64,000 nucleotides of DNA, taken from contig CAVVVU010000018.1 of assembly GCA_963751805.1 (NCBI GenBank), positions 3,307 to 67,306 of the forward strand, written 5' to 3'. Numbering within the stretch: the stretch's first letter is position 1; each line of letters starts with the position of its first letter. The notes beneath the pieces are model-generated. The model had not been told where the DNA came from, did not search any database, and worked only from the letters and a program-made list of their open reading frames with translations. Made by a program: the position numbers and the translations under genes. Of this stretch, positions 6,966 through 19,391 are shown in pieces. This DNA is from an uncultured Acidobacteriota bacterium (GTDB lineage Bacteria > Acidobacteriota > Terriglobia > Terriglobales > Acidobacteriaceae).

Positions 6966-9900
6966 TTAAGGCTTGCTGCGTTTGACTGGATTGAGTGGCG
7001 GAACCGGCACTTCCGGCATTACGGAGTAGTTTCGCACGTTGCTGAATTTGCGCTGGTATAGGTCGAGGTTGAAGGCGGCTTCGCGAGCGATGCGGCAGCG
7101 GGTGGAAAGCTTGGCTTCGAGGAGTTCGATGGCGCGCGGGTCGGGCTTTGGGGATCCGGCAATCTTGAGCAGGGCGGGCAGCTGGATCCAGCAGAGAAGT
7201 TCTTCGAACTGTTCTTTGTGCAGATAGGTAATGTCGTTGGACTCGTTGAGTCCGGCGAGCCAGCGCACGTCTGGATCATGCCAGAAGGATGAGGAATCGA
7301 GCCATTCTTCGGACTGATCGGCGAGGGTGAGGAGGATGCGGACGCGGGCGGCAGCGCGCCAGGTCTGTTCGCCCTCGATGCCCATGGAGGAGAAGGCTTC
7401 GGCGAGGGCGGAACGGAGTTGAAGGCGGTCGAAGACTTCGGCATGCCGACCGGCGAAGGGGAGGCTGCTGACGACGATCCAACCGAGTATGGGGGCCCAG
7501 AGTTTTTCCTGGGGGACGCCGGGTTGGTTGCTCGGCAGCACGGATCGGATGGCCGGGGGCCACGCGGTGGAGAAGGTCTGCTCCAGGCGAGGCAGGCGGA
7601 TGGCGGAGGCGATGGCTGACTCGCAGGCTGCGTGGAAGGCGTGGCGCAGGTCGATGGGAGAGTCTGAGGGAGGTTCAGTCTCGTTGCGGTGGCTGAATGC
7701 GAAGTGTGGATTGGACTCGCGGAGTTCGTAGGAAGAGAGTTCTGCGACCCTGTCGAAGCAGGCGAGGCTGTCCTCAAGGAAGCTCTGGAGACGATGGTCC
7801 AGAGGGCGAGCGGTGGTTCCGGCGGAGGAGCGAGCTGCCGGGGATGCAGGGTTGGAAATGGAGTCGGAGAGCAGGGCTTCGGCCTGTGTTGAAGGCGTGA
7901 CAGGGGCGTTCGTGGATTGGGCGCCGGCTTTGACAGGAGAAGCAGAGCCGGTCTTTGCGGAGGCATGCGTCCCAGGACTGTTGGTTGCGGCCGAGACGTT
8001 GGCCAGGGCGCGGGTCATGTCATCTTCGGCGACTTCGGAGAAGCAGTGAAGGTGGCCGAGGGAGACGGCGCGGCGGATGGCTTCGTGGATGGGTCGGAGG
8101 CGCAGCTTGAGTAAGGCGTCATCAACGGAATGGACGCCTTTTCCTTCCAGAGCGTCGCAGAGGCGGTCCCAGGGCTGTTCGGCGGTGGAGCGGAGTTCGC
8201 GCCAGTGGAGCAGGACGACGTACTGGTAGCCGCGCAGTTCGAAGCTCATGCCGTGCTGGTGGAAATCGGTGGAGCGGCGGAGGTATTCCAGGCCGCTGGC
8301 GTTATCGCGGTAGGCGAAGACGATGTGCGGGTCGTTAGGGAGGGCGAGGCCGTCGCTGAGAGCTGCGCTGGCGCATCTCGCCGCTGCCCTTATCCATGAA
8401 GCCGACGGAGATGTGGATGGTGCCGCGGGTGCGTCGTAGCGGTTGTTGTAGACGATCGAGCGAGCGCTCGCCATCGAAGCGGTTGGAGTAGGCGAAGACG
8501 TTTTCGTCGACGGCCGTGCCGGTCCAGAAGTCGTAGAGGACGAAGTTGGTGCTTTCGGCGAAGATGTGGCGCTTCTTGAGCAGAGGCGCGATCTCGCGCT
8601 GGTGGCGGGCGACGAGGCCGTCGTTGGGCCACTCCTCCATCTTGGCCTGTCTTGAACTCCATGCCGTAGCGCTCGGTGAAGCCTTCGATCTGGCCGTGGC
8701 CGAACATGGGCAGGCCGGGCAGCGTGGCGAGGAGGGTGGCGACAGCCGAAGTACTTGTCGCCGTCGCCGAACTGGTCGATAGCGGTGCGCTCGTCGGGAT
8801 TGGACATGAAGTTGACGTAGCGCTTGAGGATGTCGGGATCGAACTCGATGGTCTTCTTGAGGTAGCTGCGGTACTTGGCGTTCTCTTCGTCGCGCAGCAT
8901 GTTCATGAAGGCGGAGTTGTAGACGCGGTGCATGCCGAGGGTGCGGACGAAGTAGCCTTCGAGCAGCCAGAAGGCTTCGGCGAGGAGCAGCGTGCCGGGC
9001 ACTTCGGCGGCGACGCGATCGACGACTTCGCGCCAGAACTCGTGGGGCATGAGGGCGTCGAACTCTTCCTGCGACATGGCGTTCTCGGCGCGCGAAGGGA
9101 TGGAGCCGCCGGCGCCGGGAAGGGGAAACCAGAGGCGCTGGACGTGGCGCTTGGCGAGGACCATGGCGGCGTCGAAGCGGATGATGGGGAAGAGCCGGGC
9201 GACGTGCAGGATGATCTGGATGACGTGCTCGCGGACGTAGGCCTTGGAGTAGTCGAGCTGGGCGGTGTCGTTCCAGGCGAAGGTGGTGCCGTCGTTGCCG
9301 TGGTAGACGTAGCGGGTTTCGCCGGACTGGCGTGGTGGCGGAGGCGGAAGGCGACGGCGGCGTCGGTCTGGTCGTAGTAGTGGTCTTCGATCTTGATCTC
9401 GACGCGGGAGTCGGTGGAGAGGTCGGGGCCGTTGAAGCTGTAGGCGGGGAAGGGGCTTTCCCAGCGGTAGATGAACCAGTCGGGGTGTTCGATGACCCAG
9501 GGGGAATCGATGCCCATGTGGTTGGGGACCATGTCGCTGGCGAGGCGGATGCCGTGCTGCGGCGGCGCGGTGCTTGAGGTGGTCGTAGGCGTGCTAGCCG
9601 CCGAGGTCTTCGGCGATGTCGTAGCTCCTTGAGCGAGTAGGCGGAGGCTACGGCGTCGTGCGTGGCCGCGCAGGCGCTTGATGGTGCGGGAGGCGACGCT
9701 GCGCTCCCAGAGGCCGATGAGCCAGAGGCCGGTGATGCCGCGGTCGGCGAGGAGGCTGCAGCTCTTCGTCGGGGATCTGGTCGAGGCGGTGGATGTGGCG
9801 GCCGTATTTTTTGGAGAGCTGCTCGAGCCAGACGTAGGTGCTCTTGGCGATGAGGACGACGTTGGGCATCCAGGCCTGGTCGGCGGAGAAGGCTTCGTAT

Positions 9901-10836
9901 TCGTCGAGGGGGGCCTGGTAGTCGGCGGCGTAGCGGCGGCGGCGTTGCCGTCGGGCCGATGACGTATTCGCGAACTCGTCGTAGCCGATGAACTCATCGC
10001 CGACGAAGCCCTGTGCTGCCCCAGGTGGGGGCGCCGTGGCGGAACTGGTCGGGGCCGGGCGGGTTGAAGCGCATCCAGATGGCGATGTCTTCTTCGCGGA
10101 GGACGTCGATGGCGAGCAGGATGCGGCTGAGCTCTTCGCCGAGGTATGGGGGCCAGTTTTCGCGGATGAAGTCGAGCTGGCCGGTGAGGGAGTCGGGCGA
10201 GGCGAGCATGGGGGCGCGGAGGGCGTCGAGGAGGGTGCCGACTTCCGGGGAGACGGGCGGGCGGGTGGTCGAAGTAGTCGGGGAAGGCGGCGGTGACGTT
10301 GGGGTAGACGGTGCTGTGCTTGAGGTCTTTGTCTTCGAAGAGCTCGCTGGAAGGGTTTGAAGGCGGGGTTGAGGTTGGCGAGCCAGAGGAGCAGGAGCTC
10401 TTCGAGGGCGGCTTCGCGGTTGGGCAGGCCGTCGGTGGTGCCGTTGAGCCACTCGGCGGCGGTGAGTTTGCCGCGGAAGACGGCGACGTTGGGGAACTGT
10501 TCGGTGAAGGCGAGGAGGAGGCGTGTCGAGCTTCTCGGGGCCGATCTTGGCGGCGAACCAGCGGACGGCTTCGGCGAGGACGGCGGGGTCGATTTCCTTG
10601 CGGTAGCGGGCGACGAGGGCGTGGTTGAGCTCGTCGATGAGGCCCATGGCGAAGAGGGCGCCGGCGTTGACGGCAGGTGGCGGGGTCGGCGTCGGGGCCG
10701 CGCGGCGTCGATTGAGCGCTGCGGCGAGCTTGCGGCTGGCCGCGACGTTGGCGAAGACGACGTTGCCGGTGTAGCTGAAGAGCAGTTCGTCGAGCTTTAA
10801 TTTTTCCCGGATGGCGCGGGAGATATGAAATTCCAT
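6966..10836 (-). CDS. Large alpha-amylase-family (GH13) protein, multiple frameshifts
   Basis: Segments in several frames: MEFHISR..., GITGLWLIGLWERS, ASDMVPNHMGIDS, RFDAAM, LLLAEAFWLLEGYF, VNFMSNPDE. Confidence 0.85.
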
Positions 10837-11080
10837 TTGCGGATCGCTCCAGTACAGCGGGTTACATCTGGGATGGGCAGGGTGACGCCGGTGGATGAGA
10901 TGCTACTGCACGTGCGGCAGGTTTGGCTTGCACAAGTTGTCTGATGCGAAGAGTGGCGGGGTGGCAGGCTGGATCCGGGCGGGATCGTCGCTGCATATGG
11001 GACGGGGTACCGCGTTTTGCGCTTCGGGCAAATGAATTGAGTGACTTTCCGGCGCCCGGGGTGGGGCAGGCGTAGTCCGA

Positions 11081-12860
11081 TCATGGATGGGAGGAGCGCA
11101 TTTCGGCGGGAGTTCGGGATGAAGTGATGCCGGCGCCCTCGCGAACGACGTAGAAGCGATCCGCGGCCAGATTGGTGAGAGTCTCAACCTTGCCGCTGGG
11201 CCAGCGAATTTCGGCCTTATCCAGGTGGTCGTGGGCGCCGAGGCCATAATGCAGACGCAGGTCGTGCTGGGACAGGTAGCTGGAGCCGCTCTGCACCTCG
11301 CCGAGCTGGGTGAGGTCTCCGGCGGTGGCGCGGAGGCGGGCATTGAGGGCGAGACGATTGCTTTTGACGCCCTGGAGCTGGAAGCTGATCCAGTGGTTGG
11401 GCGGGCCGCCCTGGGGACGGAGAATCATGGGTTTGCCGACAAGATTTTCGACGACAGCGTCGAGGCGGCCGTCGTTGAAGAGGTCGCCAATGGCCATGCC
11501 GCGGCTCACCTGGGGAAGCTGGAGGGCGGGACCGCTGGTCTTGCTCGCATCTTTGAAAGTGCCGTTGTGCTGATTGAGGAGGAGGAGTTTGGGTTCGAGG
11601 TATTTCGCACCCTGGGGCGAGCCGTCGACCTGCGGGTAGACATGGCCATTCACGATGAAGATGTCGAGCCAGCCGCTGTTGGCAAAGTCGACGAAGGCGT
11701 CTCCCCAGCCGACCAGGCCGCGGGTGCTGCGGGCGAGGCCGGAAGGCAGTGAGATGTCAGTGAAGCTCATGTCGCCATCGTTGCGGTCGAGGACGGCGTA
11801 TTCGTTGTCGAAGTGAGAGATGAGAATGGCGAGGCGGCCGGTGTGGAACACGTCCGCCATGGCGAGGCCCATGTTGGCCTGGGGAACGCCGTTCTCGTTG
11901 AGGGCGACCCCGGAGGAGACGCCTTCCTCGGTGAACTTGCCTTTGCCGTCGCCGCGATAGAGATAGTTGGGCTGGCCGTCATTGGTGACGAAGAGGTCGA
12001 GCTTGCCGTCGTTGTCGAAGTCGGTAAAGGTGGAGGTGAGGCCGTAACGGTGGGCGGGATCGCTGACACCGGAGGTTTGCGAAACGTCGGTGAAGGTTCC
12101 ATCTTCATTGTTGTGGTAGAGGGTGTCGGGGGAGCCTTTGAGTCCGCGCGGACCGCACTGGACGTCGATGCCCATGTAGCGGCAGGTTTCGCTGGAGCCG
12201 AAGGCAGCCATGTTATTGAGATCGAAGTCGACATAGTGAGAGATGAAGAGGTCGGGCCAGCCGTCGCCGTCATAGTCGCCGAAGGTGGCACCGGCGGCCC
12301 ACATCTTGTCGGCGGAAAGACCGGCAGCCTTGGTGACATCGGTGAAGGTGCCGTCGCCGTTGTTGCGATAGAGAACGACGCCGCCAAAGCAGGTCACGAG
12401 AAGGTCGGGGCGGCCATCGTTGTTGAAGTCGCCGACGGACGCTCCATTGGCCCAGCAGGGATAGCCGACGCCGGCTTTGTCGGTGACATCGGTGAAGGTG
12501 CCGTCGTGGTTGTTGCGATAGAGAGCGCTGCGGGACGTTTCGCCCTTCAAAGCCATTTCGACGCTTTGCGCGTTGGTGAAGTAAATATCGGGCCAGCCGT
12601 CGCCGATCATAGTCGATCAGGGCGACACCGCCGCTCATGGATTCGACGATGAATTTCTGCTCGGGGCTGGAGTGGTGAACGAAGTCGATGTGGGTGGAGG
12701 CAGTGATGTCAACGAGTTCGGGATAGGCGGAGGGGGGATTGGATGGCGAGGGGCTGATGGATGTGGACTGGGAGGCGCACTTGAACCCGCACAAGAGACA
12801 AAGGAGGAGGAGTGGAGCGATGCGCGAGATGGCGAATGTTCGCAGACCAATGCCTTTCAT
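11081..12860 (-). CDS. CRTAC1 / ASPIC-UnbV FG-GAP repeat protein, one frameshift near 12610
   Basis: Signal peptide, ESMSGGVALIDYD, repeated DxxxDGxxD and NNGDGTFTDVT, C-terminal SYLSQHDLRLHYGLG...IRWPSG. Confidence 0.9.
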
Positions 12861-13036
12861 TGCACCGCCTGGCTGGATGGGAGTCATGGAATCGATAGGT
12901 CCGTCCACCCCGGGGAATGCTTCCCAGTGCAGTTATACCAGCGCGCGGCCGGCGGTGTTTCCGGTAGAGAGCCGGGGCTGGACGATTGCGGGAGGCGGGC
13001 GAGGGATGAATCGGGTGTGAAGCAATTGTCATGGGG

Positions 13037-13057
13037 AAATAGATGTCAAATCTATTT
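13037..13057. promoter_or_regulatory. Palindromic operator-like site between divergent CRTAC1 and secretin genes
   Basis: AAATAGAT-GTCAA-ATCTATTT perfect 8-5-8 inverted repeat, containing TTGACA on the minus strand. Confidence 0.45.
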
Positions 13058-13137
13058 GCAATTCAGCAAGTAGGGCCGGATGGGGGAGGACTATAGTTGT
13101 GGCTTGATCCACTAGCAGACAGGCACTCGAGGGGCAC

Positions 13138-14943
13138 ATGCACCGACTCCGGTTTTGGCTGTATTTCGTTGTGATCGGATGGGTGTGCGTTCCCGTTGTT
13201 GCGGAGAGTCCGGAGGGATCCTTTAAAGCTGGAGTACGCGCCGAGGCGAAAAACAATTACGACGTGGCGTACGAAGCGTATAAGCAGGCGCATGAGAAGA
13301 AGCCTGCCGACCCGAAGTACATGGCATCGTATGTGCGGATGCGATTCTTTGCGTCGGCGCAGCATGTGCAGGCGGGCATTAATTTTCGAGACGTGGCGAA
13401 GTTGCAGGAAGCGATTGCGGAGTTTCGGCTGGCGGTGCAGATCGACGGAAGCAATTTTTCGGCGATGCAGGAGTTGCGGCGGACGGCGGACTTGATTCAG
13501 AAAGAGGCGGTCGAGAAGGACCGGCCGGCGAAGGCGCGGGCTGAGAGCTCAGCGCTGCAGAGGGCGGCAGAGCATGCCGCCGGACCGATCGTGCTCTCGT
13601 ACAATCCGGACGCGCCTATTTCGCTTCACCTGGCGAGCACGGTGGATGCGGTGTACAAGACGATTGGGAAGATTGCCGGGATCAACGTGCTGATCGATCC
13701 AGAGTACAAGCCGCAGAAGATCAATTTTGAGTTGAAGGATGTCAGTGTTCGCGAGGCGTTGAACCTGATTGCGCTGCAGTCGAAGACGTTCTGGAGAGCC
13801 GTTTCGCCGAACACGATCCTGGTGTCGTCGGACAATGGCGGCAAGCGGAAAGAGCTCGAAGGGAACGTAATGCAGACGTTCTACCTGAAGAACGCGGCGA
13901 CGCCGGCGGAGCTGCAGCAGGCGGCGAGCACGCTGAAAAGCATTCTGGACATCAGCCGGATCCAGACGACGCCGGAGCAGCGATCGCTGACGTTGCGAGG
14001 GACTGCGGACCAGATGGTGCTGGCGCAGAAGCTGCTGGTGGATATCGACAAGCCGAGAGCCGAAGTGATGATTGAAGTCGCGGTGCTTGAAGTGAGTCGA
14101 GACAGGCTGCGCACGCTGGGGGTGAACCCGCCGACCAGCGTGACGGCCACGCTGCAGCCGCCGGGAACGTCAAGCGGCACGAGCGGCTCGGGAGGGTTCA
14201 GCCTGAATTCGCTGGCAGCGCTGACAGCAAATAACATCATGGTCACGATACCGGGCGCTTCCCTCTCCTTTCTTATGTCGGACAGCCATGGCAAGGTGAT
14301 TCAGAAGCCGGAGATACGGGCGATGGACAGCGAGAAGGCGACGCTGAAGATCGGCGATCGTATTCCGATTGCGACGGGATCGTATCAGAGCGGCATCAGC
14401 AACGGCGTGAACACGCAATTTCAGTACATTGACGTGGGTGTGAATGTCGATATTACGCCGTATGTCCATGGGAACGACGAGGTGACGCTGAAGATGTCCC
14501 TGGAGATCTCGTCGGTGACCGGTCAGCAGACGATCGATGGCGTGACGGAGCCGACGATCGGCCAGCGCAGGATCGAGCACCAGGCGCGGCTGAAGGACGG
14601 CGAAGTGAACCTCATCGGCGGGATCCTCGAAGATACGGAATCGCAGTCGTTGAGCGGGTACCCGTGGCTGACGAAGATTCCGATTTTGAAATATCTGTTC
14701 GGGCAGGATAACAAGCAGCGTCAGCAGAGCGAGATCGTGTTTGCGATCACGCCGCACATCATTCGTTCCAACGAGGTGACGGATGAGAATCTGCGCATGG
14801 TGGACATTGGAACGGGTAACTCGGTGACGTACCGGCCGATGGATTTGAAGAGCGAGGCAGCGAAGCCGGTTACGGTACCGACGGCGCCTGCACCGGATGC
14901 CCATGTGTCGCCCGCTACCGGGCCGGGGCCGAGCCTTCACTAA
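13138..14943 (+). CDS. Secretin (GspD-like) with N-terminal TPR region
   Basis: TPR-like N-terminus, N-domains, IDKPRAEVMIEVAVLEV, IGDRIPI, QYIDVGVN..ITP, PWLTKIPILKYLF, AITPHII. Confidence 0.9.
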   Translation: MHRLRFWLYFVVIGWVCVPVVAESPEGSFKAGVRAEAKNNYDVAYEAYKQAHEKKPADPKYMASYVRMRFFASAQHVQAGINFRDVAKLQEAIAEFRLAVQIDGSNFSAMQELRRTADLIQKEAVEKDRPAKARAESSALQRAAEHAAGPIVLSYNPDAPISLHLASTVDAVYKTIGKIAGINVLIDPEYKPQKINFELKDVSVREALNLIALQSKTFWRAVSPNTILVSSDNGGKRKELEGNVMQTFYLKNAATPAELQQAASTLKSILDISRIQTTPEQRSLTLRGTADQMVLAQKLLVDIDKPRAEVMIEVAVLEVSRDRLRTLGVNPPTSVTATLQPPGTSSGTSGSGGFSLNSLAALTANNIMVTIPGASLSFLMSDSHGKVIQKPEIRAMDSEKATLKIGDRIPIATGSYQSGISNGVNTQFQYIDVGVNVDITPYVHGNDEVTLKMSLEISSVTGQQTIDGVTEPTIGQRRIEHQARLKDGEVNLIGGILEDTESQSLSGYPWLTKIPILKYLFGQDNKQRQQSEIVFAITPHIIRSNEVTDENLRMVDIGTGNSVTYRPMDLKSEAAKPVTVPTAPAPDAHVSPATGPGPSLH

Positions 14944-15084
14944 GAAGATGTCAAACTCTAAAGCAATCTGATCTGGCGCGAAGCCGAGGCATCGCGGCCT
15001 TGCGCGCTGTTCCGAGTCGATCTGTTCTGGGCAAGGAGCGGGCAGTCACTGTCGCGCGGGTAAGTCCTGGCGACAAATTGACCA

Positions 15085-15991
15085 TCAGTGCTGGGGATCT
15101 TTGGGGGCGGATTGAGCCTGAATCATCTGCTTGCGCTGTTCGAAGAGCTGCTGCATGCTGGAGATCTTTTCCTGGACTTCTTTGGCGGCAGGACTGTCGC
15201 TCGCGGTGTCGGGGACGGGCGCAGCGGATGCTGTTTCGGTTGGGGCGGCGACAGCACCCGGCGTCAGTTGCTGACTGGAGTCGGTGGCGACAGCGTCCCC
15301 AGGCTTAGGAGAGGGGGCCGGCGCTGCTGGCGGTGTGGCTGCGGCGGTAACAGAAGGGATTGTTGTGGGAGCCGAGGTCTCTGCAGGAAGGGGCGCGGCC
15401 TCTACTGAGGTGGGTGCTGGATCTGCTGCGCGAACCTCGGCCTCAGTCTCTTCGGTGCCGCGTAAATTACGGCGGGCGTCAATCCATGCGCGACGGGCAG
15501 GAGTCATAGCGCGTTCGGAGGTTTGGGGGAGATCCCGGATGTCTTTGGGGTCTTTGGCGCGCGCCATGAGCATGACGGCCTGAATCTTGTCGGGGTCAGC
15601 GGGCGAGGGCTGGATCACATAGTCGTAATCCGTAGACCCAGAGCAAAGACTGCAGGATTTCATTGGCGGAGCCGGGCCCTAGGTGAGCATACATGCGCGT
15701 TGAAGACGAGCCATCGGGAGCGTCGATGACGACGCCGATGCAGGGGCGCAAAGCGGACAGGACGCTGCCCATCGTGGCGTTGTCCGCAACGATGCTGATC
15801 TGACCTTTCTTGCAAGTGACTGTAGGAGCGTTGGGAGGCAGGTCGACGGGCATCTTGGGAAAGGCTGCGATGGCTGCTTCATCAGGGGTGTTCGCGGTGT
15901 CGGGGATCTGCTGCGCGCTGGATGGGGCGACGGCCATGGCGAAGAGGAGGGCGGGGCCGGTGAGCGCCCATAACATTCGATGGTGAACCAT
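15085..15991 (-). CDS. Secreted hypothetical protein with secretin-N0/STN-like domain, frameshift near 15640
   Basis: Signal peptide and AAGGAG RBS; ORF 15596-16057 (ISIVADNA...LGPGSANEILQSLL) continues into ORF 15085-15663 (GSTDYDYVIQ...), ending in a Pro/Ala-rich tail and a Gln-rich helix. Confidence 0.6.
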
Positions 15992-16053
15992 GGATGCGCT
16001 CCTTGCTGGCGAGAGCTGTGTTCCTGCGGGATGGGGTTGATTCAATCGCGGGC

Positions 16054-19000
16054 TCATTCGGAGACTCCGGTCATTACCAGGTCATGATGGCTGACAGCGC
16101 TCTGGTCCTCGATGCGTTCGGGGTGATGAGGTTGAAGGGAGCGTTGTCGCCATAGTTCATAGATGACGGGATAGACGAGCAGTTCGAGAAGGAAGGAAGT
16201 CAGGATGCCGCCTACCATGGGGGCAGCGATGCGCTTCATCACGTCGGAGCCAGGGCCCATCGACCACATGACGGGAAGGAGGCCGATGCAGGTGGTGGCA
16301 AAGGTCATGAACTTGGGACGAAGGCGCTTGGCGGCTCCGTTGACGATGGCCTGGCGGAGGTCGTCGATGGTTCGCAGGCGATTGCGCATACGGGCGTCTT
16401 CCCAGGCGAGGTCGAGATAGAGCAGCATGAAGACGCCGGTTTCCGCATCGATGCTCAAGAGGCCGATGAGCCCGACCCAGACGGCAACGCTCATGTTGTA
16501 GTGGAGCAGATAGAGGAGCCAGACGGCGCCGACGGCGGAGAATGGAACGGCAAGCAGCACGATGGATGTCTTGATCCAGGAGCGCGTATTGATGTAGATG
16601 AGGAACAGCACAACCGCGAGGGTAAGCGGGATGGCATAGAGCAGGCGGTGGTTGACGCGCTGCCATGGACTCGATATTGTCCGCTCCAGGAGACGGCGTA
16701 GCCGGCGGGCAGTTGCATGCCCGCTGAGTGCGCGGTTGGCGTCGGCGACGTAGCTGCCACGATCGCGGCCGGCCAAGTCGATATAGACGTAGCCGGTGAG
16801 CAGGCCGTTTTCATCGCGGATCATGGAGGGCCCCGGTGATGCTGGATGGTCGGCGAGCTGCGAGATGGGAACCTGGCGCTCGGCCTGAGGCGCGAGACCA
16901 GCACCCTGCCCAGGCGATTCAAGGTTATCGCGAAAGTCGCGCATGGTAGCGGACGTTGACGGGGTAGCGTTCGGTACCTGGTAGACGGTGGTCGGACGTT
17001 GTCGCCGCCGATGGCGCTGGTACACGACCTGCTGCGCCTGCGCCATGCTGATGCCGTAGCGGGCCAGTTCGTCGCGGTTCCAGTCGACGTCGAGGAAGTA
17101 GCCGTCGCTGGTGCGTTCGGCAAAGACGCCGCGGGTGCCGCGAACCGGCGGGCAGAGCGGCGTTCAACCTGGCTGCCGAGCTCGCTCGATCTTCTCCGGA
17201 TCGTCGCCGGAGATCTTGAGGCCGACCGGGGTGCGGATGCCGCTGGTGAGCATGTCGATGCGACCCTTGATGGGCATGGTCCAGGCGTTGCTCATGCCGG
17301 GCACATTGAGGGCCGCGTTCATCTCGCGAACGAGCTCTTCGTTCGAGATGGCGTCGGGAGTGATGTGGCGCAGGATGGGCTTGAGCCATTCCGGCGACCC
17401 AGGACGGAGTACCAGGTGTGCACGTGGCGCCACTGCGCTCGGGCTTGAGCGTGATGATGGTCTCGAGCATGGAGAGGGGCGCGGGGTCGGTGGGGGTCTC
17501 GGCGCGGCCGGCCTTGCCGAGGACGGGATCGACTTCAGGGAACTGCTTGAGGATGAGGTCGGTGCGATTGCAGAATCTGTTGGGCCTGGGCGACGGAGAT
17601 GCCGGGCAGAAGTGGACGGCATGTAGAGGATGGCGCCTTCATCCATGGGCGGCATGAATTCGGAGCCGAGCACGAAGGACGACGGGGATGGTGATGGCGA
17701 CGAGCAGAGCCGCGGCGCCGAGGACGATGCGCCTTGTGGCGGAGGGTCCAGCGCACGACCGGCTCGTAGATGCGGATCATGGGCCGCGGCTGATGGGGTG
17801 CTGTTCTTCGGGCCGGATCGTGCCGACGAGCAGCGCGTTGACGCTGCGCCGGAGCCAGCGGGGTGGAAGGTTGGAGCGGCGGACGCGCGTGAGAAGCAGG
17901 CGCAGCGCGGGGTCGAGCGTGATGGCCAGCAGGGCGGCAACTATCATGGCCATGGTCTTGGTATAGGCCAGTGGCTTGAACATGCGGCCTTCCTGGGCCT
18001 TCGAGCGTGAGCACGGGGAGGAAGGAGACGGCGATGACGAGCAGGGCGAAGAAGATGGGGCCGGCGACTTCTTTGACTGCGGCGAGAACCACTTCGGTTG
18101 GGTTGCTGCGCCAGGCGCTGCGTTCGTTCCATTGCTCGAGGCTTTTGTGGGTCTGTTCGACGATGACGATGGAGGCATCGATGAGTTCGCCAAAGGCAAT
18201 GGCAATGCCGGCGAGTGACATGACATTGGCGCTGATGCCCATCATGCGCAGCGGGATGAAGGAGAGCAGGACGGCGACGGGCATGGTGACCAGCGGGATG
18301 ATGGCGCTGGGAAAGTGCCAGAGGAAGAGCAGGATGATGAGGACGACGGTGACGACGACTTCAAGGATGGTGTCCTTGGCGTTGGAGACGGTGCGGCGGA
18401 TGAGATCCGAGCGGTCGTAGACGGGGACGACCTGCACGCCCGACGGCAGGCCGGGGCCGATCTCCTTGAGTTTGGCCTTGACGCGATCGATGACCTGGAG
18501 GGCGTTTTCGCCGCTGCGCATGATGACGATGCCGGAGACGACGTCGCCGTTGCCATCGAGGTCGGCGACACCGCGGCGGAGGTCAGGGCCGAGCGATGAC
18601 GGCGCCAAGATTTCTTGATGCGGATGGGAGTGCCGTCGCGCGGGGTGGACACGACGATGTTCTCAAAATCCTGAAGAGATGTGGCGTAGCCGCGTCCGCG
18701 GACCATGTATTCGGTGCCGCCGAATTCGAGCAGGCGTCCGCTGGTTTCGATGTTGCCGTCGCGCACCGCGTCGACGACCTGGGCGGTGGAGATGCCGTAG
18801 CCCTGGAGGCGATTGGGATCGAGGTTGACCTGGTACTGGCGTGTGAATCCGCCGATGGGGGCGACGTCGGCGACACCGGGCACGGACTTCAGATGGTAGC
18901 GCAGATACCAATCCTGATAGGAGCGCAGTTCGGAGAGGCTGTGCTGGCCGGTGGTGTCGACGAGGGCGTACTGGTAGACCCAGCCGAGGCTGGTGGCGTC

Positions 19001-19391
19001 GGGGCCGAGTCTCGGTCTTCACGCCTTCGGGCAGCTGGCCGCGAACGCCGGAGAGGTATTCCAAGGTGCGCGAGCGGGCCCAGTAGAGGTCGGTGTTGTC
19101 GTCGAAGATGACGTAGACGTAGGAGTAGCCGAAGTCGGAGATGCCGCGCACGGTTTTGACGTGCGGCGCGCCGAGCATGGCGGTGACGATGGGATAGGTG
19201 ACCTGGCTCTCGACGAGGTCCGGGCTGCGGTCCCAGCGGGAGTAGACGATGACCTGGGTATCGCCGAGGTCGGGGATGGCATCGAGGGGCATGGTGACCA
19301 TCGACCAGTAGCCCGCGACACAGAGCAGGGCAACCGCCGCGAAGACGGCAAGCTTGTGGCGGACAGAGAAGTCGATGATTTTGGAAATCAT
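16054..19391 (-). CDS. cusA: CusA/CzcA heavy-metal RND permease, multiple frameshifts
   Basis: [56 protein letters not shown] and [11 protein letters not shown] spread over several frames. Confidence 0.88.

Noticed and set aside
6966-19391. Programmed frameshifting or real pseudogenes in GH13, CRTAC1 and cusA
   Set aside because: Indels are numerous, scattered and lack consistent slippery sites; sequencing or consensus error is more parsimonious.
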